A DNA stretch of 64,000 nt, taken from the NCBI RefSeq assembly GCF_006345805.1, contig NC_043010.1, forward strand, positions 14,508,001 through 14,572,000, given 5' to 3'. Position 1 is the stretch's first letter. Each line of letters begins with the position of its first letter. The notes under the pieces are model-generated. The model saw only the letters and a list, made by a program, of their open reading frames with translations, was not told where the DNA came from and searched no databases. Shown in pieces: positions 52,008 through 64,000 of this stretch. A program made the position numbers and the translations under genes. Source of the DNA: Octopus sinensis (taxonomy: Eukaryota).

Positions 52008-55000
52008 GTAGTAGTAGTAGTAGTATTATTCAATATAGTCACAACAGATTAAACTGTTGGAAAAAATTGCTACCATCAAGCTACAACAAGTAACCTTCTT
52101 AACCATCCTAAAACCTTACTAAGTGTCTTACCAATCCCAAATAACACTGTTTTCTAGAACTGCACTAGACCAGGTTTCATACCTTTTACCCCTATTCATC
52201 TGTTCAAATCTTTAGGGATAGTTTCTAATGCACCTATAATCACAGGGACACATTTTACCCGCACTTTCCATAGCCTCTGTAACTCAATGTCTAGGTTCTG
52301 GTACTTCGTTATTTTCTCTATACTTCTCATATTGACTTTTCATTCATTTAGGGCTGTAAAGTCAATTATTATTATTATTATTATTGTTGTTTTACTTCTC
52401 AGAAATTTCGGTCTTGTTTGTTCTGGTAGATTCTGCGAGGGCGGACTGCATCCTGCTGTCAGAGGTCCCACAGGGTCTCTTTCCGGACATTATAAACTTT
52501 GATATTTGGTTTTAATTATTGTGGGAGACAGTCACCATCCGTGAACTAATTTCAAAATCCTACCTGTCCCCAGCAGAGCAGTTTTAGAGGCTTGCTGATG
52601 TCAATTCCGATTTCTCTGATATATTTCTCGAACTTGGTTGTTCGTGCTCCGAATGTCCCTACAACTACTGGAATGACAGACACTCTCCTCATGGTCCACA
52701 TTCTTGTAATTTCGTCTTTTAGTAGTCTGTACTTTTCAATCTTCTCTATTCCTTTGTCACTTATGCGTGCATCTCCAGGTATTGCAATATCTCTGATCTT
52801 GGTTTCTTTTTTTCCTTTATCTATCACAATATCTGGTCTTTCAGCCTCGATTAGGGAGTCACATTGGTTTGTAAAATCCCACAATGTCTTATATTCCTTG
52901 TTCTCGGTGAATCCTTCTGGTTCATGTTCGTACCATTTCCGTGCTCTGTTCAGGCCGTACTTTTCACATAGCTTCCAGTGGACGAACTTAGCCATGTTAA
53001 CGTGCCTCCTTTTGTAGTGCTTTTGGGCCAGTTTGCTACACTCACAATAAGTGAGATTGTTTCGTGTCTGCTGCCACGCATCCTGAAAAGGGTCGATTTG
53101 TTACTCTTATCTATTTGAAACTTGGTGTAATTAGTTATCAGAAGCTTTTCTTGGGCGCTGTATATCAATGCTTCAGTGCATCCATTCAGACAGTTTCTCA
53201 GCCATCTCCAAGTGTTGCTCTTGTCATTTCCTTCGATTTCTCTCAGGTATTGCCAATGCTGCAGTGGTTTCATTTTCCAGTTATTTACTCTTTCTTCATC
53301 TTGTTTCTTAAATGTTTGTGGGTCTCATATTTTTGTTGGGTATTGTTTTATTAATTCTAACAGCTGTAAATAAAGATACACTTTGTTATTTGATGTACCA
53401 TCCTAGGCTGTTCTTCTCGTTGACAACACAGATCTTACATCCTATGAGGCCTCTCCATCCCCTATTTCTAGGCACATACAGTCCGTAAGTATCGCTTTTG
53501 GGGGTGTAGTTCATTGTTAATCGTCGTTACTTTTCTGGTTTTCCTGTCCATTTCTTTAAGCTCGTCCTTTGTCCATCTAACAACACCTGCGCCATATCGC
53601 ATTAAGGAAACAGCCCGTGTGTCATTGCTCTAATTTTGTTTTTCCTACTGATCCTACTTCCCATAATCAATTTGGTTCTTCTGAGATATTCTCGCCTAAA
53701 GCTTTCCCTCATCTCAACTTGCTTTTTTCGTATTCTAGATTCTTCAGCTAGTTATATCCATTGGTCCCAATATCCTTGAGTTTCTCACTATTGGGCAGCT
53801 CTACACCACCAGACGACACTACTTTGCCTTTTTGTATTATCAGCATACTGCACTTTTTAGTTCCAAATTCCATTCTGTTATCCTTACTGAATATCTGCTT
53901 TGTTGAAACAAGGCCACTTATTTCACGTTCGGTCTTCCCAAAGATCTTTAAGCCATCCAAATATAACAGGTGATTTAATTTTCCTCCACTTTTCAAGGTG
54001 TATCCCGATGTCGCTTTCCGTATATTATTATTGTTGTTATTATTATTATTATCATTATTATTATTATTATGAAAGCCTCTCGGATAGTTCTTAGTTATCG
54101 GTTATTATTTACTTGAAAGCAGGCAACAACAAATCACCAAAGGGTTCTCCTGTGACTCAAAGAGACAATACTCTCCTTAGAATACCATCTGTACCCAACA
54201 GTCCTGTCTTCTCGATTACCTCGAGCCTGACAGCGGCTCCAGTATTCTTAATATATTTTCCAAAGCCCCTGGAAACTGCTCCTAATGCTCCAATTACCAC
54301 CGGTATCACCATTACTTTCCTCGTCCCCCATAACTTTCCTATCTCGTCCCGCCGCGGCTGGTATTTCTCACTCTTTTCTGTTACCTTGCATTTCACCCTC
54401 GAACCGCCTGGTATTGCAACATCTATTATCTTTACTTCTTTTTCATCTTTATAGTTGAACACGATGTCTGGTCGTGCCACTTCTATGGCTTGGTCGAACT
54501 GCATGTTAAAATCCCAGAGTATTCTGTAATGTTCGTTTTTCATTACTCTCTCTGGCTTATGTTCATACCATTGTTCGGCTCTCTCGGGTTTTCTTTACCG
54601 CACAACAGCCAGTGGACATATCTGGCCACATTGTCATGTCTCCTTTTGTATTCGCATTGTGAGAGTTCACAGCACTCACTAACAATATGGCTTATACTTT
54701 TTCCCTTCTCAGAGCAGATCCTACACTATGGTGAGTCAGTGCATTTGTCAGTATGATATTTGGAGAAGTTTGTTCTGAGAGCTTGTTCTTGAACGCTGCA
54801 CACTAATGCCTCAGTGGGCCCTTATGAGTCTCCTTTCTGATGCCATTGCCAGGTTCTATTCCAATCAATCTCATCTTTATTCTTCAAGAACTGACTGTGC
54901 ATCTTCTTGTCCTGCCAAATTTTCTTCTTCTTCTGCTCTCTCTCTCTCTGGTCTTTCTTAAATTGTATTGGATCTACGGTTTCGTTCACTTTTAAGGTTC

Positions 55001-56040
55001 CCTGCATTTTCACTGCTTCAATCATTTCTTCTTTACTCCCCTTGACATACCAAACCAGGCTGTTTTCCTCTTCCCTTACACAACCTTCACAACATCCAAT
55101 CCCCGTCCTCCTTTCCTCTTTACATACAGTCTTGACACATCACTCTTGGGGTGTAGTTCTTTGTTCATTGTCATTAATTTACGCGCTCCATATCTCATCA
55201 AAGCAACCGCCCACGTGTTAACTGCTCTAATCTTATAGCGGCCATTTAGCTTCGATCGGAGAACAAACCGAGTTCTCCTCAAATACTCTTTTCTGTACAT
55301 TTCTTTCATCTTGTGTTCATTCATCATAACTCTTCCAATGATACCCAGGTACTTATATCTTTCCTCTCCGACTTCCTCTATAGGTTCACCACTTTCCAGC
55401 GTGATCCCATGGCTTTTACTGATTTTCCCCCTTTTGAGAATCATTACACCACATTTCTCGATCCCAAATTACATGCCAATATCTTTGCTAATCATCTGCA
55501 CAGTTGCCGTCAAACTCTTAATTTCTTTCTCAGTCTTAGCGAATAGATTTAGGTCATCCATAAACCAACCACAGGTTGTTTACTTTCACCCTGCCTAGCA
55601 TGTACCCCAAATACATATTTCTAGAAACGCTCGTTAGTGTCAGTTTGCAGACAACAAATAGAAGAGGCGACAGACTGTCCCCTTGAAATTATTATTATTT
55701 GGCTTGACTCCAGTTCGGTCTTATGCCTGGTAGGATTTATGTAGGTAGCGGGTTACTACCTGTAACCTTAGGTATCCACAAGTTTTCAGCAGTCTAAGCA
55801 CTTGACAGTCCTTGCTGTCCCTAAGAGACAAACTTCCTGTAAGAGACAAACTTTTTGAAACGGGCATTCTATTCCAATATCCTTCAGCCATTTCTCTATA
55901 TCTTTGCTTATTGTTCCCAACACACCAATTATTATAAGCACGACCTAACAGTTCTTATACTCAAAATTCATTCTATTTCAAATTTTAAGGGTTTGCATAT
56001 TTTTTTTGCCTTTCGTCCCCTTTCTTTTCAATTATTATTA
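51488..56040 (-). mobile_element. Cluster of about five same-orientation R4/Dong-like remnants separated by (TAA)n
   Basis: Repeated RLE motifs (LWDF...RPDIV...IDVAIPG...EKY...PVVIGALG), CCHC and RT C-termini (YKYLGII, LHPKSDVSRLY). Confidence 0.85.
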
Positions 56041-56576
56041 TTTAGATGGTGGAGAATGACTTTTTTTAAAATCAACTTTCGTTAGTTAGTCGTAATGGTT
56101 ACTACCTGTATCTTAATATGTGTGGGTACGCGTATGTATGTGTGTGTATACACGTATATGTATGTGCGTATGTATATTATTTAGATGATGGAGTTAAGTA
56201 TTGGTTAGGTATCAATTCCGTCTCTTTACATTTCGAGTTCGAATCACGCCTTTCATCTCATCCGCGGTCGATAAACTATAACTCTAATCAACTGTTTTTT
56301 TAGATCGATATAATTGATTTTGCTTTAATTCATTGGCTCATTTAACTAGAGCTAATCTAGTCCGTAAGACTTAAACTTCCGGTTACAGCGTTCACATAGC
56401 GTTAGCAGCGCTTGGAGGTGACAACCGAAACAATTATATTAGACTTAATTTGACCAGAAAGAGTCAAACAATTAAGTTGGTGGTTGTTAGATAATGAAAT
56501 GGTTTCATGTCAGAATGCTCCATGTTTGATAGAAGTTGGGTACAAAATGAGATGAGAGAACATCAAAGATACTTAC

Positions 56577-56635
56577 CTATCGTTGACACCATCATTACAA
56601 CGAAACCGGTGAACATTGGTATACTATAACCAACC
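56577..56635 (-). CDS. VMAT: VMAT coding exon, 59 nt; (R)VGYSIPMFTGFVVMMVSTI(V)
   Basis: Acceptor TTGCAG|, donor G|GTAAGT, phase 2 to 1; matches human VMAT2 IGYPIPIFAGFCIMFVSTI as I recall it. Confidence 0.95.
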
Positions 56636-57574
56636 CTGCAACCATAAATATGTAAAATAGTTAAAACATTCAGGAGGTCAAGTAGGGAGGCAGCCATGTT
56701 TATTACGAGGTAGACGACAAACTGAAAAGGTTAATAACAGGTTTTTGGCAGATTATAATTGAGTATATGTATGTGTGTGTGTGTAAATTTGTTGAATCTT
56801 GTTAAGGCCTACAGTAGCTGCTTCAAACTCTTAATATTAGCTACAGTAACGGCATGGATGGATTGGATTGGTCAGTAATCCTCATATAATGGGTCAGCTC
56901 CAACATCGATGCGGGGAACTACCAAACGACACTAACCACGTGTGCTACTGTTGAATAACATCATAATTGACAAAATATCAAAAATGATAAAAATATCGGG
57001 AGTGAGTAGGAATCATACATCCGGTCCGTTGGAGTTTCGCTGGTGGCAGACATGAGCCTGATAACTGGGTGTGATGTGAGTATTTGAAACATTTCGTTAG
57101 ATAAACGGTTATTCTCTATCATCTGCATTTCTAGAAGGACAGTAGAAAAAGGGACAAACATTTGGGTCACTCCCTCTCGAGAAACAGAAGCGAGTAAAAT
57201 TTCGATAAGACTGAAATAACATAGTTTTCTTTATGTAACCCAAAGAAAAACCCTTGCTATAGCTCCCACGAAATTGACCCCAAACACGGGGAGAAGAAAA
57301 GGCAAGAAGCAAGTTGTCTAAATATATTTGAAAACATGTCATACACAACACATTTATACATACATACATACATTATATATATATATATATATAAAAACAT
57401 ACATATATACATACAAACATATATACATACATATATACATTATATATATATACATACATACATACATACATATATACATTATAAATATAAACATACATAC
57501 ATGCATAAATATATACATTATATATATATATATTATATATATATATATATATAATATATATATATATATATACA

Positions 57575-57605
<31 letters not shown>

Positions 57606-57664
57606 TATATATATATATATAATACATACACATACATGCATACATACATACATTATATATATAA

Positions 57665-57842
57665 TTTTGGGGGAGGGAGTCAGTCGATTAGATCGAAACC
57701 AGTGCACAACTGGTACTTAATTTATCGACCCCCGAAAGGATGAAAGGCAAAGTCGACCTCGGCGGAGTTTGAACTCAGAACATAAAAGACAGCCGAAATA
57801 CTGCTAAGCATTTGCGCCCGGCGTGCTAACGTTTCTGCCATC
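57665..57842 (-). mobile_element. SINE family A
   Basis: Homology. Confidence 0.8.
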
Positions 57843-58059
57843 TTGTTGCGTAAACATTGTTGTGGTTGCTTTATTATGTCGTCGTCGACGTCGTCTTCTA
57901 ATTTCGTTGCTGCCGTCGCTATTCTTCGTGTTCGCAACATCCAAACAGTTTTTCAATCAACAACGTCCGACCCCCTACTTGGGCCCCCAACCAAATGGCA
58001 CCACGTCACCAACAAATACATTTTGAAAATATTGTTTTCATTATTACTTCACATATTGC

Positions 58060-58090
<31 letters not shown>

Positions 58091-58271
58091 TTTCTTCGCC
58101 AATTACGTCCATAGTTAAACATTTACATATCACGTGATCAACAACGACAATAAATGAAGTCTCTCAAAATTTTTTCTTATTGTGACAGATGCCGCATCGT
58201 CTGTGTGTTTAGTTCATGCTGGCATACATAATGTTACAACAAACATACATACATACATACATATATATGTA

Positions 58272-58324
<53 letters not shown>

Positions 58325-58789
58325 TATATATATGTGTGTGCGTATATATATATGCATATATACTTATACGCGTGTATATATATATACAGTGTATATATAT
58401 ATATATATATATATATGATATTTATATATAAGTATTATATAGATATACATACATATACACACACAACTGCATGTATATATGTATATATATGTAAGTATAT
58501 GTGTATATATATGTATGAACATATTTACACACATATGTATATATATATGTAAATATAGACATACATATATACACAGAAATATATGTGTACATATATACAC
58601 ACATGTATGTGTGTGTATATATATACATACATATATATATAGGTGTTTTTCGGGCGACTGTAGTCCCCGTCAGTGTATATGTATACAATTATGTACTTTG
58701 ATTACAGTATTAGAGCATTTTAGCTCCTATTTCTAGCATTGTAGGTGTTTCTAACACCCTAGTCATATTTAGAGAAAAATTATAGTTTT

Positions 58790-59200
58790 TCTTTTTGGTA
58801 AAACATTGTCGACTGCTGTCCATATTAATTTTTAAGTGGAAAGACAGTTTAGAAGAGTGTTTCAAACAGATCCACCTACGTGACTTGCTATCACTCGAAT
58901 CAACGGTAAATTTGAAGCCGATGCAATCGTTCAAAATGTCTACAAGAAATGTTCTGAAAGATTGCGGAAACTGATGAGTGCCACAAAGCAAGAAACGGTA
59001 CAAACATATTGCCAGAGTGCAAGAAAATCTGCGCAATGAGTCATGAGATAGCGATTTCAAAATCAAATATACGTCACATTTTGAAGCGCTGTCATTGGAG
59101 AAAATTACACTCCACGAATAGCCAACGAAGATAATCTGAACTAAAGGGTGGAGTTTTCGGAGGGGTACTTGGCAGGACCACATTCTATTAAACAAGTTCT
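58790..59200 (+). pseudogene. Tc1/mariner transposase N-terminal (HTH) remnant
   Basis: DPPT*LAITRINGKFEADAIVQNVYKKCSER...SARKS...EIAISKSNIRHILKRCHW...RVEF. Confidence 0.7.
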
Positions 59201-60723
59201 TTAATCTCGAAATACATACCTGAAGTACGACTACTGTAGAACATAGAAGCTACGTGGCTCTGTGGTCTTTCTACTGAAATGTACTTGGCGAAATCTGTCT
59301 TAAGTTGTTATTTAGTTCCAGGTCAACTTTCATTGGGAAGGTGTATGAGCCCGGCATTCCTTATCGACCCTATTGTTTTATAGGTATCTAAGAACTACAA
59401 TATCTGATGTGTTCTTTTCTTAATTTTACAGACTGTGTGGTACGAGTTGATTGTGAAGGTAGACTGACAGAATTTTCCTTGCCGGCTCGACTTTAAAATA
59501 TTTAGGTCGGTGCCCTGCTTTTTCTGTCACCTCACTGTTCTCTTCGAAATCAAATAAAAAAAGAACGGAGACCAAGTTGAATAGTATCATACGAACGAAT
59601 CAGTCATTCTATGTGGATAAAGTAAACATCGATTGTCCATTAAAACATTTGTCCTGTCTGGTGGTGATGGCGCGAGACGAATGCAAAAGCTCAAACCACT
59701 TCAAAATGAAAGCCACAAAATAGAAAGTAAAACAAAACAAAACTGGGTTGAATTGCTAAGGTTTTTTTTTTATCAACTGTCATTAAGTAGTCGTAATGGT
59801 GACTAACTGTATCTTAATATACGTGTATGCGTGTGTATACACGTATGTATGCGTGTGTATACACGTACATGTGCGTATGTATATACGCATACGTCTGTGT
59901 GTGTATATACGCATATGTGTGTGTGTGTGTGTGTGGTGTGTGTATGTCTGTGTGTACTTAGTGCGTTTTATCGAAAGAGGAAAAGAGAAGTGAAATACAT
60001 TTAAAAACACTTCGATTCTGTGACGAACGATGGTGAAAAATCATTGAAACAAGAACAGGAACGAGAAAAAACGAGAATACGTGAGAAGAATCACTTCTAA
60101 ATAAAAATTAAGATTTCATTTTATTTTCAATTAATATTTGTCATCCTCGTATATGGTATAAAAAGCTTTCTGCGTTCTACACTGACTGATAAAACCAGTT
60201 TTTAGTTAAATAAATAAATAAGATAGCTTATGACCATTGACTTCCTAAGAAATACATTGTCTCTTTTGCATCCATCTAAATCAATGGCTTTAGAAGATAA
60301 TAAAGAGTTTTGTGAAGAAAAGCAAGAAATCGCTGGTGTCATGAACTGGCGATTCAAACACTTCCTGTCTAAACAATGGACAAAACACTCGACTGACTGA
60401 CAACACATGGAGCGACACCAGCATTTGTGAAACTGTCGTCGAAAATTGATCACCACTGCTGCAGTGCTTCTTCGAGGGAGATGTGCCATCTTCCGGAGAC
60501 GGGGGACGGGGACTGTGGAAAATTTTATGAGTATTGGGGACAGACAAGGAGGTGGTGGGGGACAACAGATGCATCTGTTCATTTAAAAATAAATTATCTT
60601 TTATTTAAATACTTATTTTTAAAAAATTCTGATAAAGTGTTTCTTCGCTACACTGACAAAAACAGCGATAGTTTCAAGCTTATAAACAAAGCCGAGTATG
60701 TTAATTATAAACAATACAAATCT

Positions 60724-60878
60724 CTGGAGTGGCTGTGTGGTAAGTAGCTTGCTTACCAACCACATGGTTTCGGGTTCAGTCCCACTGCGTGGCACCTTGG
60801 GCAAGTGTCTTCTACTATAGCCTCGGGCCGACCAAAGCCTTGTGAGTGGATTTGGTAGACGGAAACTGAAAGAAGCCG

Positions 60879-60944
<66 letters not shown>

Positions 60945-61172
60945 TGTGTGTGTGTGTGTGTATGTTTGTGTGTCTGTGTTTGTCCCCCCAACATCGCTTG
61001 ACAACCGATGCTGGTGTGTTTACGTCCCCGAAACTTAGCGGTTCGGCAAAAGAGACCGATAGAATAAGTGCTAGGCTTACAAAGAATAAGTCCTGGGGTC
61101 GATTTGGTCGACTAAAGGCGGTGCTCCAGCATGGCCACAGTCAAAATGACTGAAATAAGTAAAAGAGTAAAG
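60724..61172 (+). mobile_element. SINE family B, full length
   Basis: Homology. Confidence 0.9.
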
Positions 61173-61539
61173 AATGTTAATTATAAACAATAAACTAAAG
61201 TAGAATTTAAAATATGTTGTCAAAATTTATGGGTGTTTCCACAAATATGGAAATACTCATACAATTACTGAATGCGTAGCGTCGCTAAAGTAGGGGAAAT
61301 GTCGTTTATCCCTTGAAGTAGATCTACATCCGGTGATCCATTCTGGTCGGTCACCTTAGCGAATTCCTCATAAAACTTTGTACTTTTGTGACTTCTGTGT
61401 GTATCAAGGTGCGGATGTTTATTTTTGTAAAAATTCTTGTAAAACTACTATTTTTTTTTCTATTTATTATTTTTTAATCTTTCAAATTATTTTGGGGCTG
61501 TAAAAGGAGCTGCTATTTTCGTGAGATCCTTTCTGCATT

Positions 61540-63010
61540 TAGCTTCCAGTAACCGAGTCCCCGTCTGAGGGAATATAGAGAGGACAACACCAGGAACTGA
61601 TTCTTGATGCGGAAGAAAGTAAAAAAAAATTAAGGAAGTCTGTGGAACAGGCCGGCGAGACATAAAGAAAGGGCGGATTGGCTAACAAAGGTGGAAAGAC
61701 AACTTGAAACTGTACCAAGACAAAAGGACGTCAGAATGAATCTATAAAACAGTGAGACAGAAGTTAAGAGAAATAACAAATTGGAAAGGACCAGGTCTGG
61801 ATGGAGTGCAAGGCTATGGGCTGAAGAACTCTACACAGTTGCATGAAAGAATCGCTGCGCAACTGGATGACTACCTGCAGCAAGGTCATGTCCCTGATTG
61901 GATGGATGACAAGTGGACGAACGCTGCTATGTCTCATGTAGAAGTTTATGACTGGTGTCTTGACGGAAGAGTTGTACAACCATCTGGAAAGTAATATGCT
62001 TCCAGAATATTAGAAAGGATTCAGGAAAGAAAGTAGGGCAACAAAAGATCACTTATTAGTTGATAACACGATAATTAACGATAATTAGAAATCATAGATG
62101 CAGATTGACGGAACTGATTGTATCATGGCTAGATTACAAAAATGCATATATCATGGTACCACACAGTTGGATAAGTAAAACAATGAGCATGTTTGGAGTA
62201 ACAAAAACATGGGGAAATGGTTAAAAAAATATGAAACATTGGAATACTGAATTGATCGAGGGAAAACGAAAACTCGGAAAAGTGAACATTAGACGTGGAA
62301 TATTCCGAGGTGATAGCTTATCTTCATTTCTGTTCGTATTGGCTACGGCACCGCTCACTGTGATGCTACGGAAAGTTAAAATTGCTTACGATTTGGGAAA
62401 AGGAAATGGTCAGATAAATCATCTCCTTTTCATTGATGGTATAAAAGTTTACGGGAAAAATGAGAAACACTTTGAAAATCTTGTACATCATACTATCCGC
62501 AGTTTCTCAAAAATGACGTAGGTTTGGAATTTGGGATAGAAAAGTGTGCTATACTGAAAATGAAACAACGAGAAAGATTTGAAAGAAGTCAGGGAACTGA
62601 AATGCCAAATGGACAAACAATGAGAGCAGTTGAGAAAGAACAGTGGTATAAATACTTGGGAATACTGGAAGCAGACGAGATAAAAAATGAAGAAATGAAA
62701 CAAATAATCTGTAGGGAGTACACAAGGCGAGTCGGAAAATGATTGCAGTCAAAGCTGATTTCTAAAAATTTCATTGAAGTAATAAATTGAAGAGTACCCT
62801 TAATCAGATATGGAGTTGGAATTATAGACTGGACCAAAAACGATAGAAAGAAACTTGACAGAAAAACTAGGACGTTGTTGACGATGTATGGAACCCACCA
62901 TCCGAATGCGGATATCACCCGGATATCACTCGATAAGAGACCAGGGTGGAAGAGGCTCAACAGCAGTAGAAGAATGTGAACTGATGGAAAGGAAAAGTCT
63001 ACTGTCATCA
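61540..63010 (+). pseudogene. R4/Dong-like RT remnant
   Basis: NWKGPGLDGVQGY, WLDYKNAY..VPHSWI, GIFRGDSLS, LLFIDGIKVYG and WYKYLGILE. Confidence 0.85.
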
Positions 63011-63240
63011 TAACATGAAATTATCATATTATTATCAAATTACTTTTAAAACAAATTTCTAATTTACTTATGTTTGACAGACATTCCTTAGAATAATACT
63101 ATGTGCAAAACCAAATATATGGTACCTTAGTCATAACACCAACTTGAACTTCTAACTTGTCTCTTGAGGTCACTGGGTGAGACTTAGAGTCATCGTGTAC
63201 TAATACAAAGCAAAAGCCAAACATAATAATAATAATAATA

Positions 63241-63281
<41 letters not shown>

Positions 63282-63284
63282 TAA

Positions 63285-63316
<32 letters not shown>

Positions 63317-63319
63317 ATT

Positions 63320-63527
63320 CCTACTAAAGGCACAAGGCCTGGAATTTTGGGGGAGGGGACTAGTCGATTATATCGACCCAAGTGTTTCATTGTTACTTAA
63401 TTTGTCGATCCCGAAAGGATGAAAGGCAAAGTCGAACCCAGTTTCGTTTGAAATTAGAACGTAAAGACAGACGAAATACCGCTAAGCATTTTGTCCGGCG
63501 AGCAAACGATTCAATCAGATCGCCGCC
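63320..63527 (-). mobile_element. SINE family A, tail type 2
   Basis: Homology; (TAA/TAG)n tail. Confidence 0.8.
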
Positions 63528-63922
63528 ATAATAAATAATAATAATAATAAAAAAACTGAGACAATCGGAACGGAGTAGGAACGTATGCATCAGGGATTTC
63601 TATTCCGTGACTCTCACCGCCTCTCCGCTAATAATAAATGATAAGAAAATGGTGAAGAACGCCATTTTCTTCAAACTTACAATCAGACGAGCCATATCAG
63701 GAGTTACCCAAACCGTTCGGAGTAGCAGACTATTCTCCCTCAAATCTCACCGTAATGTCTTGAAAGAAGGACGTGTTGGATAATGGAGTTTGTGATATAG
63801 AAATATGTTAATATTGTCATGGTTGGAGCGCTTTCAGATTTTAAATTCTGTTTATATGGAGTAGAAACGAAATGAAGCAAAACAACAATATTAATGAGTT
63901 GTCAGATAAAGGGATTGCTTAC

Positions 63923-64000
63923 CTGTTGGTGATTGGTCCAAGAAATGGGTTAGTGATTAACTGTACGACAGCTTTCGAAGCAAACATCAATCCTACCACC
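63923..64000 (-). CDS. VMAT: VMAT (SLC18A1/2-like) coding exon, 5' part beyond window; [25 protein letters not shown](R)
   Basis: Translation matches the VMAT motif [25 protein letters not shown]; donor AG|GTAAGC at 63922, phase 2, matching the next exon. Confidence 0.95.

Noticed and set aside
56470-56520. Possible exon-complementary sequence next to the 59-nt exon
   Set aside because: Only patchy G/T-rich similarity; no continuous duplex by eye
60230-60400. 56-aa plus-strand ORF MTIDFLRN...
   Set aside because: No recognisable homology or splice/promoter support

Overview
Eukaryotic, very repeat- and microsatellite-rich DNA, most likely an octopus/coleoid cephalopod genome (inferred from the SINE families and microsatellite density). 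None of the listed ORFs is an intact gene; they are microsatellite translations or transposon remnants. The real gene is missed by the ORF track: four short minus-strand coding exons of a vesicular monoamine transporter (VMAT, SLC18A1/2-like) at 64000-63923 (runs off the window), 56635-56577, 26014-25931 and 23389-23297. All splice sites are canonical AG/GT with matching phases. The spliced product is [104 protein letters not shown]. Introns are 7,287, 30,562 and 2,541 bp; I found no next exon (GPPFG...) in the remaining 23.3 kb, so the rest of the window is probably intron. The introns hold several tRNA-derived SINE families with swappable tails, R4/Dong-like, Tx1/L1-like, RTE and CR1 LINE remnants, Tc1/mariner remnants, a Helitron and four copies of a GG-terminated MITE (8-bp TSDs on three). 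They also hold a 1.66-kb tandem duplication of a Penelope-like element with minimal-hammerhead-like motifs, and two long near-perfect hairpins, one about 500 nt from a VMAT splice acceptor. Repeat boundaries are approximate unless TSDs or splice sites are quoted.
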